DNA of 42,876 nucleotides from Thermodesulfovibrionales bacterium (GCA_046707105.1 JBJKOV010000089.1:1-42876); one strand, 5' to 3'; positions 25,011-34,375 are shown, counted from the first letter of the stretch. The notes: a model not told the origin generated them from the letters alone. A program made the numbers and translations.

Positions 25011-26267
25011 TTAATAAAGCAACATCCCGATTATTCCCGCTGCTGGAATGATCCATACAATGTCGATGCGCAGGCGCATCAGCGCAAAAAGCGACAGCAG
25101 AAAAATAATCAAAGTCGTCCAGTGCAAAACCGCCCCGCGGCCGATTACCACCGCGGCGGCAAAGATCATCCCGACCACTGCCGGGCGGACCCCTTTGAGG
25201 GCCGCCTGCACAGCCGTCGACCGCTTGATCCGGTCGAGGACCTGCGAACTGTTTACCATAAGCAGAGCGGGCGGGAAAAAAATGGCAAAAGTGGCGAGCG
25301 CGGCCCCCAGCAGGCCCTTCACCTTATACCCTATAAAAGCCGCGCTTATCATTATAGGTCCCGGTGTGATCTGGCCGAGCGCTATGGCGCTCGTAAACTC
25401 CGACTGTGTCAGCCAATGAAAGCCGGCCACTACAATTTTCTGGATCAGGGGTATAAACACATAGCCGCCCCCGAAAAGCATAAGGCTCATTCCGGAAAAG
25501 GTCACAAAGAGCCTGCCGTATGAGCTCTCGCCGAGCCCCGGCCATGGTATCAGGAACATGACCAGGAATCCGGCCAGCAATAAAAAGGAGAGAGAGAATT
25601 TCACCTTTGCGATTCCGGCACGGGAGGACGGCTCGAAGACCGGCGGGAGTACCCCGCCTTCAGTTTCATTGGAAGAGCGGCGACGGTAGAAAAGAAGCAG
25701 GCCGAGAAGACCGGATCCAAAAATAATCATCAATGTGGAGTAAAACCCCCCGATGCCGAGCAGGACACAAGCGGCAGCCAGACCGATCAGAAATTCGGCC
25801 GGGCCTTTCACCGCCTTTTTGCCCATGCCCCAGGCGGTACTGAAAACTATTGCGGTCACCGCCGGCACGAAACCGGCAAAGGCGTTGCTTACTGCCGGTA
25901 TCCTGCCGTAGTGCAGGTAGAAAGAAGAGAGGCCCACTAAAAGGGCAAAAGACGGCAAAATCACGCCGACGGCGGCCGCCAGCACCCCCAGCCCTCCCCT
26001 GATACGATACCCGACAAAGGCCACCACGTTTACCGCAATGGGGCCGGGGAGAAGCATCGCCAGAGAAATGCCGTCCAGCATGTCATCGGCCTGGAGTAAC
26101 TTTCGTTTCCGAACGATGATATTCTCCACGACCGAAATCAACGCCGTAAAACCCCCGAAGGCGATACTGCCGATTTTCAAAAAAGTCCTGAACAAAAACC
26201 AGAGAGAAACCTCTGGTCGTGATGACGCCGTATCTGTCTGTCTTTCCCGCCCCCCGGCTTTGTCCAT
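25011..26267 (-). CDS. chrA: Chromate ion transporter (CHR family, duplicated domain)
   Basis: 418 aa and polytopic. The CHR signature appears at the N-terminus (FLKIGSIAFGGFTALISVVENIIVRKRKLL) and repeats in the second half (GMSLMLFGGGYVFIPLIQKIVV...WLTQSEFTSAIALGQITPGP). Confidence 0.85.
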   Translation of the reverse strand: MDKAGGRERQTDTASSRPEVSLWFLFRTFLKIGSIAFGGFTALISVVENIIVRKRKLLQADDMLDGISLAMLLPGPIAVNVVAFVGYRIRGGLGVLAAAVGVILPSFALLVGLSSFYLHYGRIPAVSNAFAGFVPAVTAIVFSTAWGMGKKAVKGPAEFLIGLAAACVLLGIGGFYSTLMIIFGSGLLGLLLFYRRRSSNETEGGVLPPVFEPSSRAGIAKVKFSLSFLLLAGFLVMFLIPWPGLGESSYGRLFVTFSGMSLMLFGGGYVFIPLIQKIVVAGFHWLTQSEFTSAIALGQITPGPIMISAAFIGYKVKGLLGAALATFAIFFPPALLMVNSSQVLDRIKRSTAVQAALKGVRPAVVGMIFAAAVVIGRGAVLHWTTLIIFLLSLFALMRLRIDIVWIIPAAGIIGMLLY

Positions 26268-26401
26268 CAGTCACCCGCCGGACGGTCGGGACTCTCTCCC
26301 GTCACATATTCAAAGATGCTCATATCGCGCTCGCATGCTTCCCTGATAAACTCGCAGGTGTTGTTTCCGTTGAAGGCTGCACTTAAGAAACACGATCCCG
26401 G

Positions 26402-28309
26402 TCAATTCTCTGTTTCAGCTCTGTCCCTTTGGCTTTTCTCCAGCGTCCTGCCGTACAACCCCTTATAGAAGCCCCCCTGGGCCATAAGCTCTTCGTGCGT
26501 ACCTGTTTCCAGCACCTCGCCATTATTCATAACCAGAATCTTATCGGCCATATCTATCGTCGAAAGACGGTGGGCCACAATGAACGTGGTCCTGTTGGCG
26601 GCAAGTTTATTTACCGAATCCTTTACAAGGGCTTCAGTCGCAGGGTCCAGGGAGGAAGTCGGCTCGTCAAGAATAAGGATGGCCGGGTTTCGCAGGAATG
26701 CCCGCGCGATCGATATCCGCTGTCTCTGGCCCGCAGACAGCCTCACGCCGCGCTCTCCTACCTCAGTTTCATATCCGCCGGGAAGGCCCTCGATATCGTC
26801 ATGAATGTGGGCCAGACGGGCGGCACGCACAACGTCTTCCCCCGACGCAAGGGGACTGCCGTACTTTATGTTCTTTTCTATAGTATCATCAAACAAAAAC
26901 ACCTCCTGGGAAACAACACCGATCTTTCCTCTGAGCCAATCCGTTGGTATTCCTCTGATATCGCGGCCGTCCAGATATATGCCCCCCTGCTGCGGCGTCT
27001 GAAACTTCAGAAGGAGGTTCACCAGAGAGGTTTTGCCAGCCCCCGTCCTTCCGGCGAGTGCGATAATCTCTCCGGGCCCCGCCGAAAAACTTACATTCCT
27101 GAGAACCGGTCGGCCCTCCTCATACCAGAAGGAAACGTCATCGAATATTATTTCCCCTTTTATGTCCCCCGGGGCTGCTGCCGTCCGTGTATCATTTCCT
27201 TCCGTGAATTCCGGGATCAGGTTGAAAAGCTCCATAAGCCTCTCCATAGACGCGAAAGAGGGCTGGGCCATTATATGGAAAGTAAGAACGCTGTTTAAGG
27301 CCCCTGAAAGAAGAACGGCGTAGGAAGTGAAGGCAACGTAATCTCCGATGGTCAGACGTCCCTGCAGCACCTCATGGATGCCGGCCCACATAATGACCAG
27401 ATTAGCGGCGAAAAGGGAACCGGCTGCAGCATAATTCGAAAGTAGCGAAAGGAACATGCCTTTTATTCGTTTATGGATAACGGTCCTCATGCCGCGTGAG
27501 ACCTTCTGCGCCTCCCGTTCCTCCGTCGTATGCGCCTTGATAGTCTCCACCCCTGACAGGATCTCCTGTATGTCGCTTGAAACGCGCGCACTGGTTTCGC
27601 GTTCCTGGAGACTGACATCCCTGATCCTTGCGCCGAAAAAATAATTTATCAGAAGGTAGAGAGGCAAGGCAGCCGCCAGGATGAGAGACAGTTTCACGCT
27701 GAGCGCAAAAACTATCAGCATACCGAAGAAAAAATAGAACGTCCTGGCAAAGACCTGCATAATGCTTTCGGAAAAAAACAGCTGGAGGACATATATATCA
27801 TCTGATACCCGAGACATCAGGTAACCCGTCCGCTGTCTCTTAAAAAAAGGTACGGGAAATCTCAGGAGGTGATCGAACAGGGCTGTCTGAATGTTGAAGG
27901 TCATCTCCTGCTGGAACCTCAATGACAGATACTTCTGGATAATTCCTGTCATCCCGGCCACCGCCCCCACTGTCAGCACCGCCAGCACAACAAGAGTCAA
28001 TGCTTCCGGCGCATGTTTGACGGGGTCGAACAGGTTGTAGACGCCCAGAATCCGAAGGTAATGTTCCACCCCGTGCAGATTTTTTTTCAGGACGATAAAA
28101 TCAATCAGGACCTTGCCGCTCAGCGGCATGAGGGAGCTCAGAGCAGTGGCAATAAGGGAAAGAATAAGGGCCGCCAGTCCGGTCTTCCACAGGGGCCTTA
28201 CAAATCTGCCGAAAAACAGAATATCCCGGTATCCGAACTCACTGTGCCCCGGTTCGGGCTTCTTCAGGATGTCCCTGAGATATGCCTTTGCTTTTTCAAG
28301 TTTAGTCAC
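26402..28309 (-). CDS. ABC exporter, fused permease/ATPase (MsbA/type-1 exporter family)
   Basis: 635 aa with a six-helix TMD. The NBD has Walker A GRTGAGKTS, signature LSAGQRQRISIARAF and Walker B ILILDEPTSSLD. Confidence 0.9.
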   Translation of the reverse strand: MTKLEKAKAYLRDILKKPEPGHSEFGYRDILFFGRFVRPLWKTGLAALILSLIATALSSLMPLSGKVLIDFIVLKKNLHGVEHYLRILGVYNLFDPVKHAPEALTLVVLAVLTVGAVAGMTGIIQKYLSLRFQQEMTFNIQTALFDHLLRFPVPFFKRQRTGYLMSRVSDDIYVLQLFFSESIMQVFARTFYFFFGMLIVFALSVKLSLILAAALPLYLLINYFFGARIRDVSLQERETSARVSSDIQEILSGVETIKAHTTEEREAQKVSRGMRTVIHKRIKGMFLSLLSNYAAAGSLFAANLVIMWAGIHEVLQGRLTIGDYVAFTSYAVLLSGALNSVLTFHIMAQPSFASMERLMELFNLIPEFTEGNDTRTAAAPGDIKGEIIFDDVSFWYEEGRPVLRNVSFSAGPGEIIALAGRTGAGKTSLVNLLLKFQTPQQGGIYLDGRDIRGIPTDWLRGKIGVVSQEVFLFDDTIEKNIKYGSPLASGEDVVRAARLAHIHDDIEGLPGGYETEVGERGVRLSAGQRQRISIARAFLRNPAILILDEPTSSLDPATEALVKDSVNKLAANRTTFIVAHRLSTIDMADKILVMNNGEVLETGTHEELMAQGGFYKGLYGRTLEKSQRDRAETEN

Positions 28310-28527
28310 CGGCTATGGTCTTGAGGCCTTAATGAATAAGCATACAATTTTTGTACGCCCGAAAGCGAGTCCGGTTTATTAACGGTCTCATGATAGGTTG
28401 TCCGCGGAATCGATACCTCGGTCAAGGTCCTCGGGCATGACGAAAAAGACTATGAGATCTCTGAATATTGCTATGCGTTCGTTAATGCTGTTTTAAAACC
28501 GCGGTGAGGGGAAATCGGGACAGACAA

Positions 28528-29415
28528 TTATTTTTCGGCCGCCTTTCCCACCAGAACCGAGCACTCGGCGTGGCCCAGCACCCGCCTGGATACACTTCCC
28601 AGCATCCCTTTTATTCCCCTCAATCCCCTGCTTCCTACAGCTATCATGTCCGCTTTCCACCTTTCCGATTCTTCCAGTATGCTGAGCGAGGGGTCTCCCC
28701 TATGGATAATCATACCGACCTTTGAAAACCGTCGTAGCAGGCGCTGCTCCGCTTCATGTACAACCCTCCCGGCGCTCTCCGATTCCATTGTCCGCATCCT
28801 CGCCACAGTCTCCTTCAGTTTTTCATCGGCTTCCATACTCAGCGTCTCGGATATATCTGAAACATGAGACCAGGCAGTGTTAATAATCCTCACCTCGGTA
28901 TCATCAGGAAGCGGAAGAGCCATGATTAGATCGCCTGCCGCCTGCGCTGATTCCGAACCGTCCGTTGCAAAAAGGATCTTTAATCCCCCCTCTGCCACCC
29001 ATTCCGCCGGTTTGGTGACCAGAACGGACTTCGGTGAATTAATAACAACCGACCGCGTGGAACTTCCGAGGAAAAAAGCCTTCAGCCCCTTTATGCCCCT
29101 GGCTCCCATCACTATCAGATCCATATCCGCGTTTACCGCGATATCCATAATTCTCGCATCGGGATACCCCTCTTCTTCCCTCGTGATAACACTTGCCTTC
29201 ACGGGCTTCAGTATGTCTGTCGCCGTCCTGAGAATGCCCGGAGCGGCCCTTCCGATAAACTGTTTTATCTGAGTACTGTAATCGTCCTCATAGGGTATTT
29301 CGGCCACGACGTGAAGTACTACGATCTCGTCACGGGTGGAAAAGTCAAAGCGCGTGAGGAACCTCGCAGCTCTCTCCGAATATTCAGAACCGTCGGTCGC
29401 CAGCAAAACTCTCAT
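28528..29415 (-). CDS. Tandem universal stress protein (UspA family, two USP domains)
   Basis: I prefer ATG at 29415 (GAGGAGGG upstream), giving MRVLLATDGSEYSERAARFL. The two USP modules end in DLIVMGARGIKGLKAFFLGSSTRSVV and ADMIAVGSRGLRGIKGMLGSVSRRVL. Confidence 0.8.
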   Translation of the reverse strand: MRVLLATDGSEYSERAARFLTRFDFSTRDEIVVLHVVAEIPYEDDYSTQIKQFIGRAAPGILRTATDILKPVKASVITREEEGYPDARIMDIAVNADMDLIVMGARGIKGLKAFFLGSSTRSVVINSPKSVLVTKPAEWVAEGGLKILFATDGSESAQAAGDLIMALPLPDDTEVRIINTAWSHVSDISETLSMEADEKLKETVARMRTMESESAGRVVHEAEQRLLRRFSKVGMIIHRGDPSLSILEESERWKADMIAVGSRGLRGIKGMLGSVSRRVLGHAECSVLVGKAAEK

Positions 29416-29585
29416 ATCATCCCTCCTCAACCAAATCGTATCACACTCCTTAAGGACCGACAACCCGATTCCATCCGTCGTAAAGATTCTGCATCCCTCC
29501 AGTCATGCTTCTTCTCCTTCCGTCGTGATTGACCTTACAGACAAGGCGGAGTCCTTTCCGGCGCCGTAGCCGGGCAGGATCGGGA

Positions 29586-29615
29586 TTGACAGCATCAAAA
29601 TCACCGACGTAAAAT
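29586..29615 (+). promoter_or_regulatory. Candidate sigma70 promoter of the Crp/Fnr gene (very short leader)
   Basis: TTGACA (29586-29591), an 18-nt spacer, then TAAAAT (29610-29615). The ATG at 29628 is only 12 nt downstream, with no SD. Confidence 0.35.
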
Positions 29616-29627
29616 CAACTGCAGAAT

Positions 29628-30269
29628 ATGAGCGGCATATCGAATCATGAGTTTATCGAGACATTTCCGGCGCTCCGCAATGCGCCTGATCGGCTTGTGA
29701 AGGGGATTCTCTCAAACGCCTTTTTTCGGTCGTTCCCTTCGGGAATGCTCATCTACTCCGAGGGGGATGCCTGTTCAGCCATCGCGTTCGTTCTCTCCGG
29801 AGAAATCCGGGTTTACAAGGCAGCCGAAGGGGGAAAGGAGATTACCCTCTATGAGATCGGCAGAGGGGAGACCTGTATCCTCAATGCCTCCTGTATATTG
29901 TCACACACTGCATATCCTGCCAACGCGGTCTCAGTAAAGAGCGGGACCATGCTCCTTGTCCCTGCCGATGATTTTCGCGAGGCTATGGATACCAGCAGGG
30001 ACATGAGAGAATTTGTATTTGAGATAATGAGCAGGCGGCTTACGGCGGTCATGGCGCTTGTGGAGGAAGTGGCCTTCGGCAGAATGGACGTCAGGCTGAG
30101 GGAACATCTTTCGGAAAAGGCTGTTCGCGGTGTTGTCAGGTCTACACACCAGAAAATAGCCGGTGATCTGGGGACTTCAAGGGAAGTAGTAAGCAGGCTG
30201 CTGAAGGACCTGGAACGGAGGGGAATTGTGGCCCTTTCCCGGAGCGAAATTACCATCCTAAAGCCTTAG
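29628..30269 (+). CDS. Crp/Fnr-family transcriptional regulator
   Basis: 213 aa. It has a cNMP-binding-type beta-roll (IYSEGDACSAIAFVLSGEIRVYKAAEGGKEITLYEIGRGE) and a C-terminal HTH (THQKIAGDLGTSREVVSRLLKDLERRGIV). No N-terminal Fnr Cys cluster was seen. Confidence 0.85.
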   Translation: MSGISNHEFIETFPALRNAPDRLVKGILSNAFFRSFPSGMLIYSEGDACSAIAFVLSGEIRVYKAAEGGKEITLYEIGRGETCILNASCILSHTAYPANAVSVKSGTMLLVPADDFREAMDTSRDMREFVFEIMSRRLTAVMALVEEVAFGRMDVRLREHLSEKAVRGVVRSTHQKIAGDLGTSREVVSRLLKDLERRGIVALSRSEITILKP

Positions 30270-30368
30270 GGCACCATTCATTTCTTTTGTAACTTTGTCA
30301 CAGACAGCCTCGCCGGTGCGCCGTTATACTTAAGAATAAGCAAGAATTCATCTCAGGAGGTAGAGACA

Positions 30369-30560
30369 ATGAAAAAGAACATCGGTTCAACAGAAAGGGT
30401 TATAAGGGTACTCGCGGGGCTGGGTATTATCTCGATGGCGTTTGTCGGTCCCAGCTCCCCATGGGCGTTTCTCGGGATTATCCCACTGGCCACAGGCCTC
30501 ATAGGATGGTGTCCTCCATACGCCCTCCTGGGGATCTCTACCTGCAAAAAAAGCAGGTAG
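30369..30560 (+). CDS. DUF2892 (YgaP C-terminal-like) small membrane protein
   Basis: 63 aa with AGGAGG upstream. The sequence MKKNIGSTERVIRVLAGLGIISMA...ATGLIGWCPPYALLGISTC matches the DUF2892 pattern (N-x-G-x-x-(D/E)-R ... G-x-C-P-x-Y-x-x-x-G). Confidence 0.75.
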   Translation: MKKNIGSTERVIRVLAGLGIISMAFVGPSSPWAFLGIIPLATGLIGWCPPYALLGISTCKKSR

Positions 30561-30598
30561 ACGGTTGATGTCCGGGGGAGAGGTTTTGCGGAGAAGAT

Positions 30599-31498
30599 TC
30601 AGGCCACCCTCTGCGCCTCGCCTCCGAACCTTTCTCTTATCTCGCCACGTCCGGCTGCATCGCGGTAAATGAGGTCGTCGGATTCCAGGTCATATTCCGG
30701 TATCCGGGGGTCATTCCACCAGTTCAGGAAGTGCTGGTGGAACGGGACATACAGGCCGCCAGGATTCTGGTTGTACCTGAAGACATATTCAGGCAGGAAC
30801 TGGGCGTCATATCCGGCGTGATAATGCTTCACCCATATATAATCGCCCGATATCAACATCTTGAGGAAAGGCACGTCGTCATAGAGTTTGAGCCTGATGT
30901 TCTTTTGAGCAGCCCTGAGTGTTTTGAGAAAATCTATGCTCTTCCCTATCTGCTCTCCGAACCTCTCCAGGGTTATATCGGGGCTCAGAATGCTCTTGAC
31001 CCTTGCGGCCGCTCCCTCACCGTAAGGATTGAGAAGCATGATCTTCGCCTCCCGGCAATTTTTTACAACCTCATGCAGGTCGCTCTTCGCGTCCGCAAAT
31101 GTGGCGAAGCCGGTGGAGCCTATGAGCATGATGTCCCGCGCGAGTCCTTTGCTCTCCTTCAGCCTTCTGTTCTTCCTCTTCGCAAAAAAGCCTCCAGCCG
31201 AGGAAATGTGGACGAGTCCGGCCTCCTCCGCCATTTTTGAAAGCCGTCTGTCTTTCCAGTTCCTCGCAACGTAGTTAAAAAAAAGTATGAGGGCAACAGC
31301 CAGGGACACTTCGACCCCCGCAAGAAATATCTTTTCGTCGCCGCTGAAGGCCCAGAATGTCAAAAACCTCCTGGCGATCAGGTCCGCGGTATAGGGAAGG
31401 GAAATAACGATTGAGGCGCTCAGAGCAATCAGAATAACGTGATAGAGAATATGGGCCGGGGCTTTTATCATTTGTTTGAAACGATTTTTCTTGAACAT
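30599..31498 (-). CDS. Membrane-anchored hypothetical protein (2-3 N-terminal TM helices plus a soluble domain, possibly degenerate PLD-like/DUF5919-like)
   Basis: 299 aa. The hydrophobic N-terminus includes HILYHVILIALSASIVISL and VEVSLAVALILFF. The C-terminal pattern is IMLIGSTG...KIMLLNPYGEGAAARV...IRLKLYDDVPFLKMLISGDYIWVKHYH...FLNWWNDP. The family assignment is tentative. Confidence 0.45.
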   Translation of the reverse strand: MFKKNRFKQMIKAPAHILYHVILIALSASIVISLPYTADLIARRFLTFWAFSGDEKIFLAGVEVSLAVALILFFNYVARNWKDRRLSKMAEEAGLVHISSAGGFFAKRKNRRLKESKGLARDIMLIGSTGFATFADAKSDLHEVVKNCREAKIMLLNPYGEGAAARVKSILSPDITLERFGEQIGKSIDFLKTLRAAQKNIRLKLYDDVPFLKMLISGDYIWVKHYHAGYDAQFLPEYVFRYNQNPGGLYVPFHQHFLNWWNDPRIPEYDLESDDLIYRDAAGRGEIRERFGGEAQRVA

Positions 31499-31540
31499 GG
31501 CAACCTCGCTTTTTTGTTCTGCCTTTACTGGAAAGGTTTC

Positions 31541-31999
31541 TCAGGAAAAAATGATCAGGGTTGTAGCGATGAGGAAGGCGATGTCAGTCTTTGGACTCCG
31601 GTCATCAACGCCGGCTTCTTCGGAAAGATAGGCCAGCATCCGCAGACGACCCTCGCCCAGTGTCGGGAGTTTATCTTTTATCTTTTGAATCAGCTTTCTG
31701 TCGGTCACCCTTTTTTCCATCATTGAGAGGACTTTAAAAGCCTCCGATGAAGGATTCAGCAGATGGTAGCGGTTGTCCGACAGGGAATGAGCAACCGAAA
31801 GGCTTGGCATCCCGTCAAGGGTGCCGGCATCTGAAAAAAAATCGGATTTCACTTCCAGCGGGGCTTCGGTCTTCGCAGGGGCAACGCCCTTATCGGAAAC
31901 GGCGGACATTTCCGTTTTGTTTTTCGCGAAGACGCCACCCGCGATAAAGAAGGAACATAAGATGACAACGAAGGAAAAGAGAATTGTCTTTGCTATCAT
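31541..31999 (-). CDS. Hypothetical secreted/anchored protein
   Basis: 152 aa with N-terminal anchor ILFSFVVILCSFFIAGGVFA and a hydrophobic C-terminal end (IAFLIATTLIIFS). No motif was recognised. Confidence 0.4.
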   Translation of the reverse strand: MIAKTILFSFVVILCSFFIAGGVFAKNKTEMSAVSDKGVAPAKTEAPLEVKSDFFSDAGTLDGMPSLSVAHSLSDNRYHLLNPSSEAFKVLSMMEKRVTDRKLIQKIKDKLPTLGEGRLRMLAYLSEEAGVDDRSPKTDIAFLIATTLIIFS

Positions 32000-32183
32000 A
32001 GTTGCACCTCCATAAATATCTGATGATCACTCGTTAAACGTGCACTTTCTCCAAGTAAGATAATACCACGAAATTTTTTCATGGGAGATTAATTTATCTT
32101 AATGTCTGCCGGCGCTGAGGCGAGGTCGTGTCTGAGACGGGAACAGCCGCATATGCAGGGATGTGGGGTGAATCCTTAGATTA

Positions 32184-32837
32184 TTACCCGCGCCCACCGC
32201 TCTTTTCGCAAAATTCCATGTTTAGTTCGATCATCTTCTTCTGAACCTTACCGTAGTCAAGGCCGAATGACTTGTGAAGTTCTGCAGCTATGTCGGAATA
32301 TCTGCCGAAGACCTCTCCAACGGAGGAAGCCAGGTATTGATGCCTGAAGTCTTTGCATAGTTCGTGCGCCATATCCGTGTCGATATAAGGTGTGCTTTTC
32401 AGCGCCTGATCCACCTGAAGGGCTATCTCTTTCCTGATTTCGTCAGTCTCCTCACCGTTTGCACGCCGTTTGAAAAGGAGCCCCACGGCCAGGTTCTCAA
32501 GATCGAGGCATTTGCCGAAGTTCACACAGTTCGGACAATTGAACCGCAGTTCGTCTTTCATCGTCTCGATCAGGTACGTTTCAGCCACTTCCCTGAACCC
32601 GTCATCACCTCCGGGGCTTACCATCGAAAGCAGCTTCTCCACAAACTCACGACTGTCTTCGACAACTGCTTCAGGGGTCTCAGCTACCCTCTTTGCGTTT
32701 TCCGAGCCTATGATGCTGTTTGCGAGGATAACATAATAACGCATCTCCTCGGGAAACAGATCTAGTTTCCTCCTGAATTCCCGTTTGTTGAGCTCGTACG
32801 AAACAGCGAAAAGAGAATATGTCCTTGTCTCCGACAT
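32184..32837 (-). CDS. Hypothetical cytoplasmic protein
   Basis: 217 aa with no signal peptide. It has a CPNC-x5-C cysteine cluster (FNCPNCVNFGKC). No family was recognised. Confidence 0.45.
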   Translation of the reverse strand: MSETRTYSLFAVSYELNKREFRRKLDLFPEEMRYYVILANSIIGSENAKRVAETPEAVVEDSREFVEKLLSMVSPGGDDGFREVAETYLIETMKDELRFNCPNCVNFGKCLDLENLAVGLLFKRRANGEETDEIRKEIALQVDQALKSTPYIDTDMAHELCKDFRHQYLASSVGEVFGRYSDIAAELHKSFGLDYGKVQKKMIELNMEFCEKSGGRG

Positions 32838-32985
32838 TACCTGCCTTCATTGAATGAACAGCTTACTGCGCACTCTTGAATTATAACTTCTGCGGAAGCT
32901 TTTAGTCATGTACGCCCCTGTTTCACAAGTCAACGGGTCGGGAGACGACTTAAAGAAAAGCAGGCGAACCGTGGCGCTAAATTCA

Positions 32986-33016
32986 GCAAACAAAAAGGCC
33001 TGCATTTCTGCAGACC
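32986..33016 (-). terminator. Intrinsic terminator downstream of tRNA-Met
   Basis: The minus strand reads GGTCTGCA-GAAA-TGCAGGCC. This is an 8-bp stem with one G-U pair and a GAAA loop. It is followed by TTTTTGTTTG. Confidence 0.55.
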
Positions 33017-33028
33017 CTTGAATTTACT

Positions 33029-33105
<77 letters not shown>

Positions 33106-33115
33106 ATAGTTTTAT

Positions 33116-33145
33116 AGAATAACTTATCACACGCCGGATTGTCAA
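33116..33145 (-). promoter_or_regulatory. Candidate sigma70 promoter for the tRNA gene
   Basis: The minus strand has TTGACA (33145-33140), an 18-nt spacer, then TATTCT (33121-33116). The tRNA 5' end lies 10 nt downstream. Confidence 0.35.
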
Positions 33146-33203
33146 ACCTGCCACCTCCGGTTCGGGGTCCCTTTTTCAGCCGGCAGGGATCTGGAGCGCG
33201 CCC

Positions 33204-33659
33204 TCATTTGCGGTAATAAGACTCCACCATGTTGAGGTAATCGATGAACCATTGCGGATTGATCTTGTCGATGAAGCACATTCTTTTGCCCATCGTGTCG
33301 TTTATTATCTCGCCCTTTGGGTCGAGGAACAGCAGCAGACAATCATTCTTGAAATTATATTTATTGCCCAGATCCTCTTCTTCCTTCGTCAACTTCTTTT
33401 TCAGGTCAACCCGCACGGGGATAAAATCCTTCATGACCTTGGCAGCGATAGACGGGTTGTCGTACACCTGTTCCTGCATAGCCTCGCAGCGCGGACATCC
33501 CTTCCCGTAATAGAAATCGACAATAAGAGGTTTGTTCTCTTCTTTCGCTTTTTCCATCCCTGCTTTGAGCGACAGCCACTGAATACCGGCATCCGCCGCA
33601 AAAGCGGTTATGGAAAACATCATCCCAAAGATCAAAGCCAGCACCCCGTATTTTTTCAT
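33204..33659 (-). CDS. Periplasmic thioredoxin-fold protein (CxxC thiol:disulfide oxidoreductase family)
   Basis: 151 aa with GGAGGA upstream and signal peptide VLALIFGMMFSITAFA. The motifs are KPLIVDFYYGKGCPRCEAM (CPRC) and FIPVRVD. Confidence 0.7.
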   Translation of the reverse strand: MKKYGVLALIFGMMFSITAFAADAGIQWLSLKAGMEKAKEENKPLIVDFYYGKGCPRCEAMQEQVYDNPSIAAKVMKDFIPVRVDLKKKLTKEEEDLGNKYNFKNDCLLLFLDPKGEIINDTMGKRMCFIDKINPQWFIDYLNMVESYYRK

Positions 33660-33684
33660 CTTTTCCTCCTCGAAGAAACCTGCC

Positions 33685-33761
33685 GAACGGTTTGAACAGT
33701 TTGAACGGTTTGAACGGTTTGAACGGTTTGAACGGTTTAAACGGTTTGAACAGTTTGAACC
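33685..33761. repeat. Tandem repeat, 9-bp unit GAACGGTTT x about 8.5
   Basis: The direct reading is gaacggttt gaacagttt gaacggttt x4 aaacggttt gaacagttt gaacc. It fills 77 of the 107 intergenic nt between the dCMP deaminase stop (33767) and the thioredoxin-like start (33659). Confidence 0.95.
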
Positions 33762-33766
33762 ATTTT

Positions 33767-34249
33767 TTAAACCCGGCCCTTCAACCAGTCTTTCGGCTTG
33801 ATGACATGAAACTTGCCGTTGCCGTCCGAGAAAACGACCTTCTTAATGCGCGCGTTCAGGATCATTCTCTTGCACATCATGCACGGTTCAGAGTGGCATT
33901 CTCCCAGCCCGCTGTCTTCTCCGGATATGTAGATAGTCGCATCCTTGAGTTCATCTACGGAGGCCCTGATAATCGCATTCGCCTCGGCATGTACACTGTG
34001 GCACAATTCGTAACGTTCGCCGTGTGGTATCTGCAGTTCCTTCCTCGTGCACTTGCCGACCTCCAGACAGTCTTTCATGCCGGCAGGCGCACCGTTATAG
34101 CCTGTGCTCACAATAATATTGTCCTTTGTCACGACGGCGCCGTACCTCCGCCTGAAACACGTGGCACGCTCCGATACCGCCTTGGCGATATTGATAAAGT
34201 ATTCGTCCCACCCGGGCCGCAGATGTTTCTTCTTTGCGCGCGATGTCAA
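33767..34249 (-). CDS. dCMP deaminase (ComEB / CMP-dCMP deaminase zinc-binding family)
   Basis: 160 aa with a TTG start and GAGAGGGA upstream. The zinc motifs are HAEANAI and PCMMCKRMI. The N-terminus WDEYFINIAKAVSERATC is typical of the family. Confidence 0.85.
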   Translation of the reverse strand: MTSRAKKKHLRPGWDEYFINIAKAVSERATCFRRRYGAVVTKDNIIVSTGYNGAPAGMKDCLEVGKCTRKELQIPHGERYELCHSVHAEANAIIRASVDELKDATIYISGEDSGLGECHSEPCMMCKRMILNARIKKVVFSDGNGKFHVIKPKDWLKGRV

Positions 34250-34375
34250 TTAAGTCCCTCTCTACAGCTATTATAAATGACCCCCCGGTTTTTTCGCCAT
34301 GCCGGCAGAATGCCGTTTTCTCAGTCGGCATAGTGTCGCGGGGGAATCCCACTCTCGCCCACCGGCCAAAGGAGG

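Noticed and set aside
24609-25523. 304-aa plus-strand ORF spanning the Cys-rich protein and ChrA genes
   Set aside because: It is antisense to two well-supported minus-strand genes. Its translation is highly basic and low-complexity.
26429-27298. 289-aa plus-strand ORF opposite the ABC exporter NBD
   Set aside because: This is a shadow ORF. The minus strand encodes canonical Walker A, signature and Walker B motifs.
29586-29598. FNR/CRP-type operator TTGACAGCATCAA upstream of the Crp/Fnr gene (and TGTAACTTTGTCACA at about 30288-30302 upstream of DUF2892)
   Set aside because: The half-site spacing is one nt shorter than the TTGAT-N4-ATCAA and TGTGA-N6-TCACA consensus forms. The first also coincides with the better-supported -35 hexamer. 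This is not enough support for an operator call.
33685-33761. Tandem 9-mer as a CRISPR array, or as coding repeat (ORF 33692-34276 translating NGLNGLNGL; ORF 33610-33801 translating FERFERFER)
   Set aside because: The units are contiguous with no spacers and far too short for CRISPR. The ORFs that read through it are otherwise antisense to the well-supported dCMP deaminase or thioredoxin-like genes.
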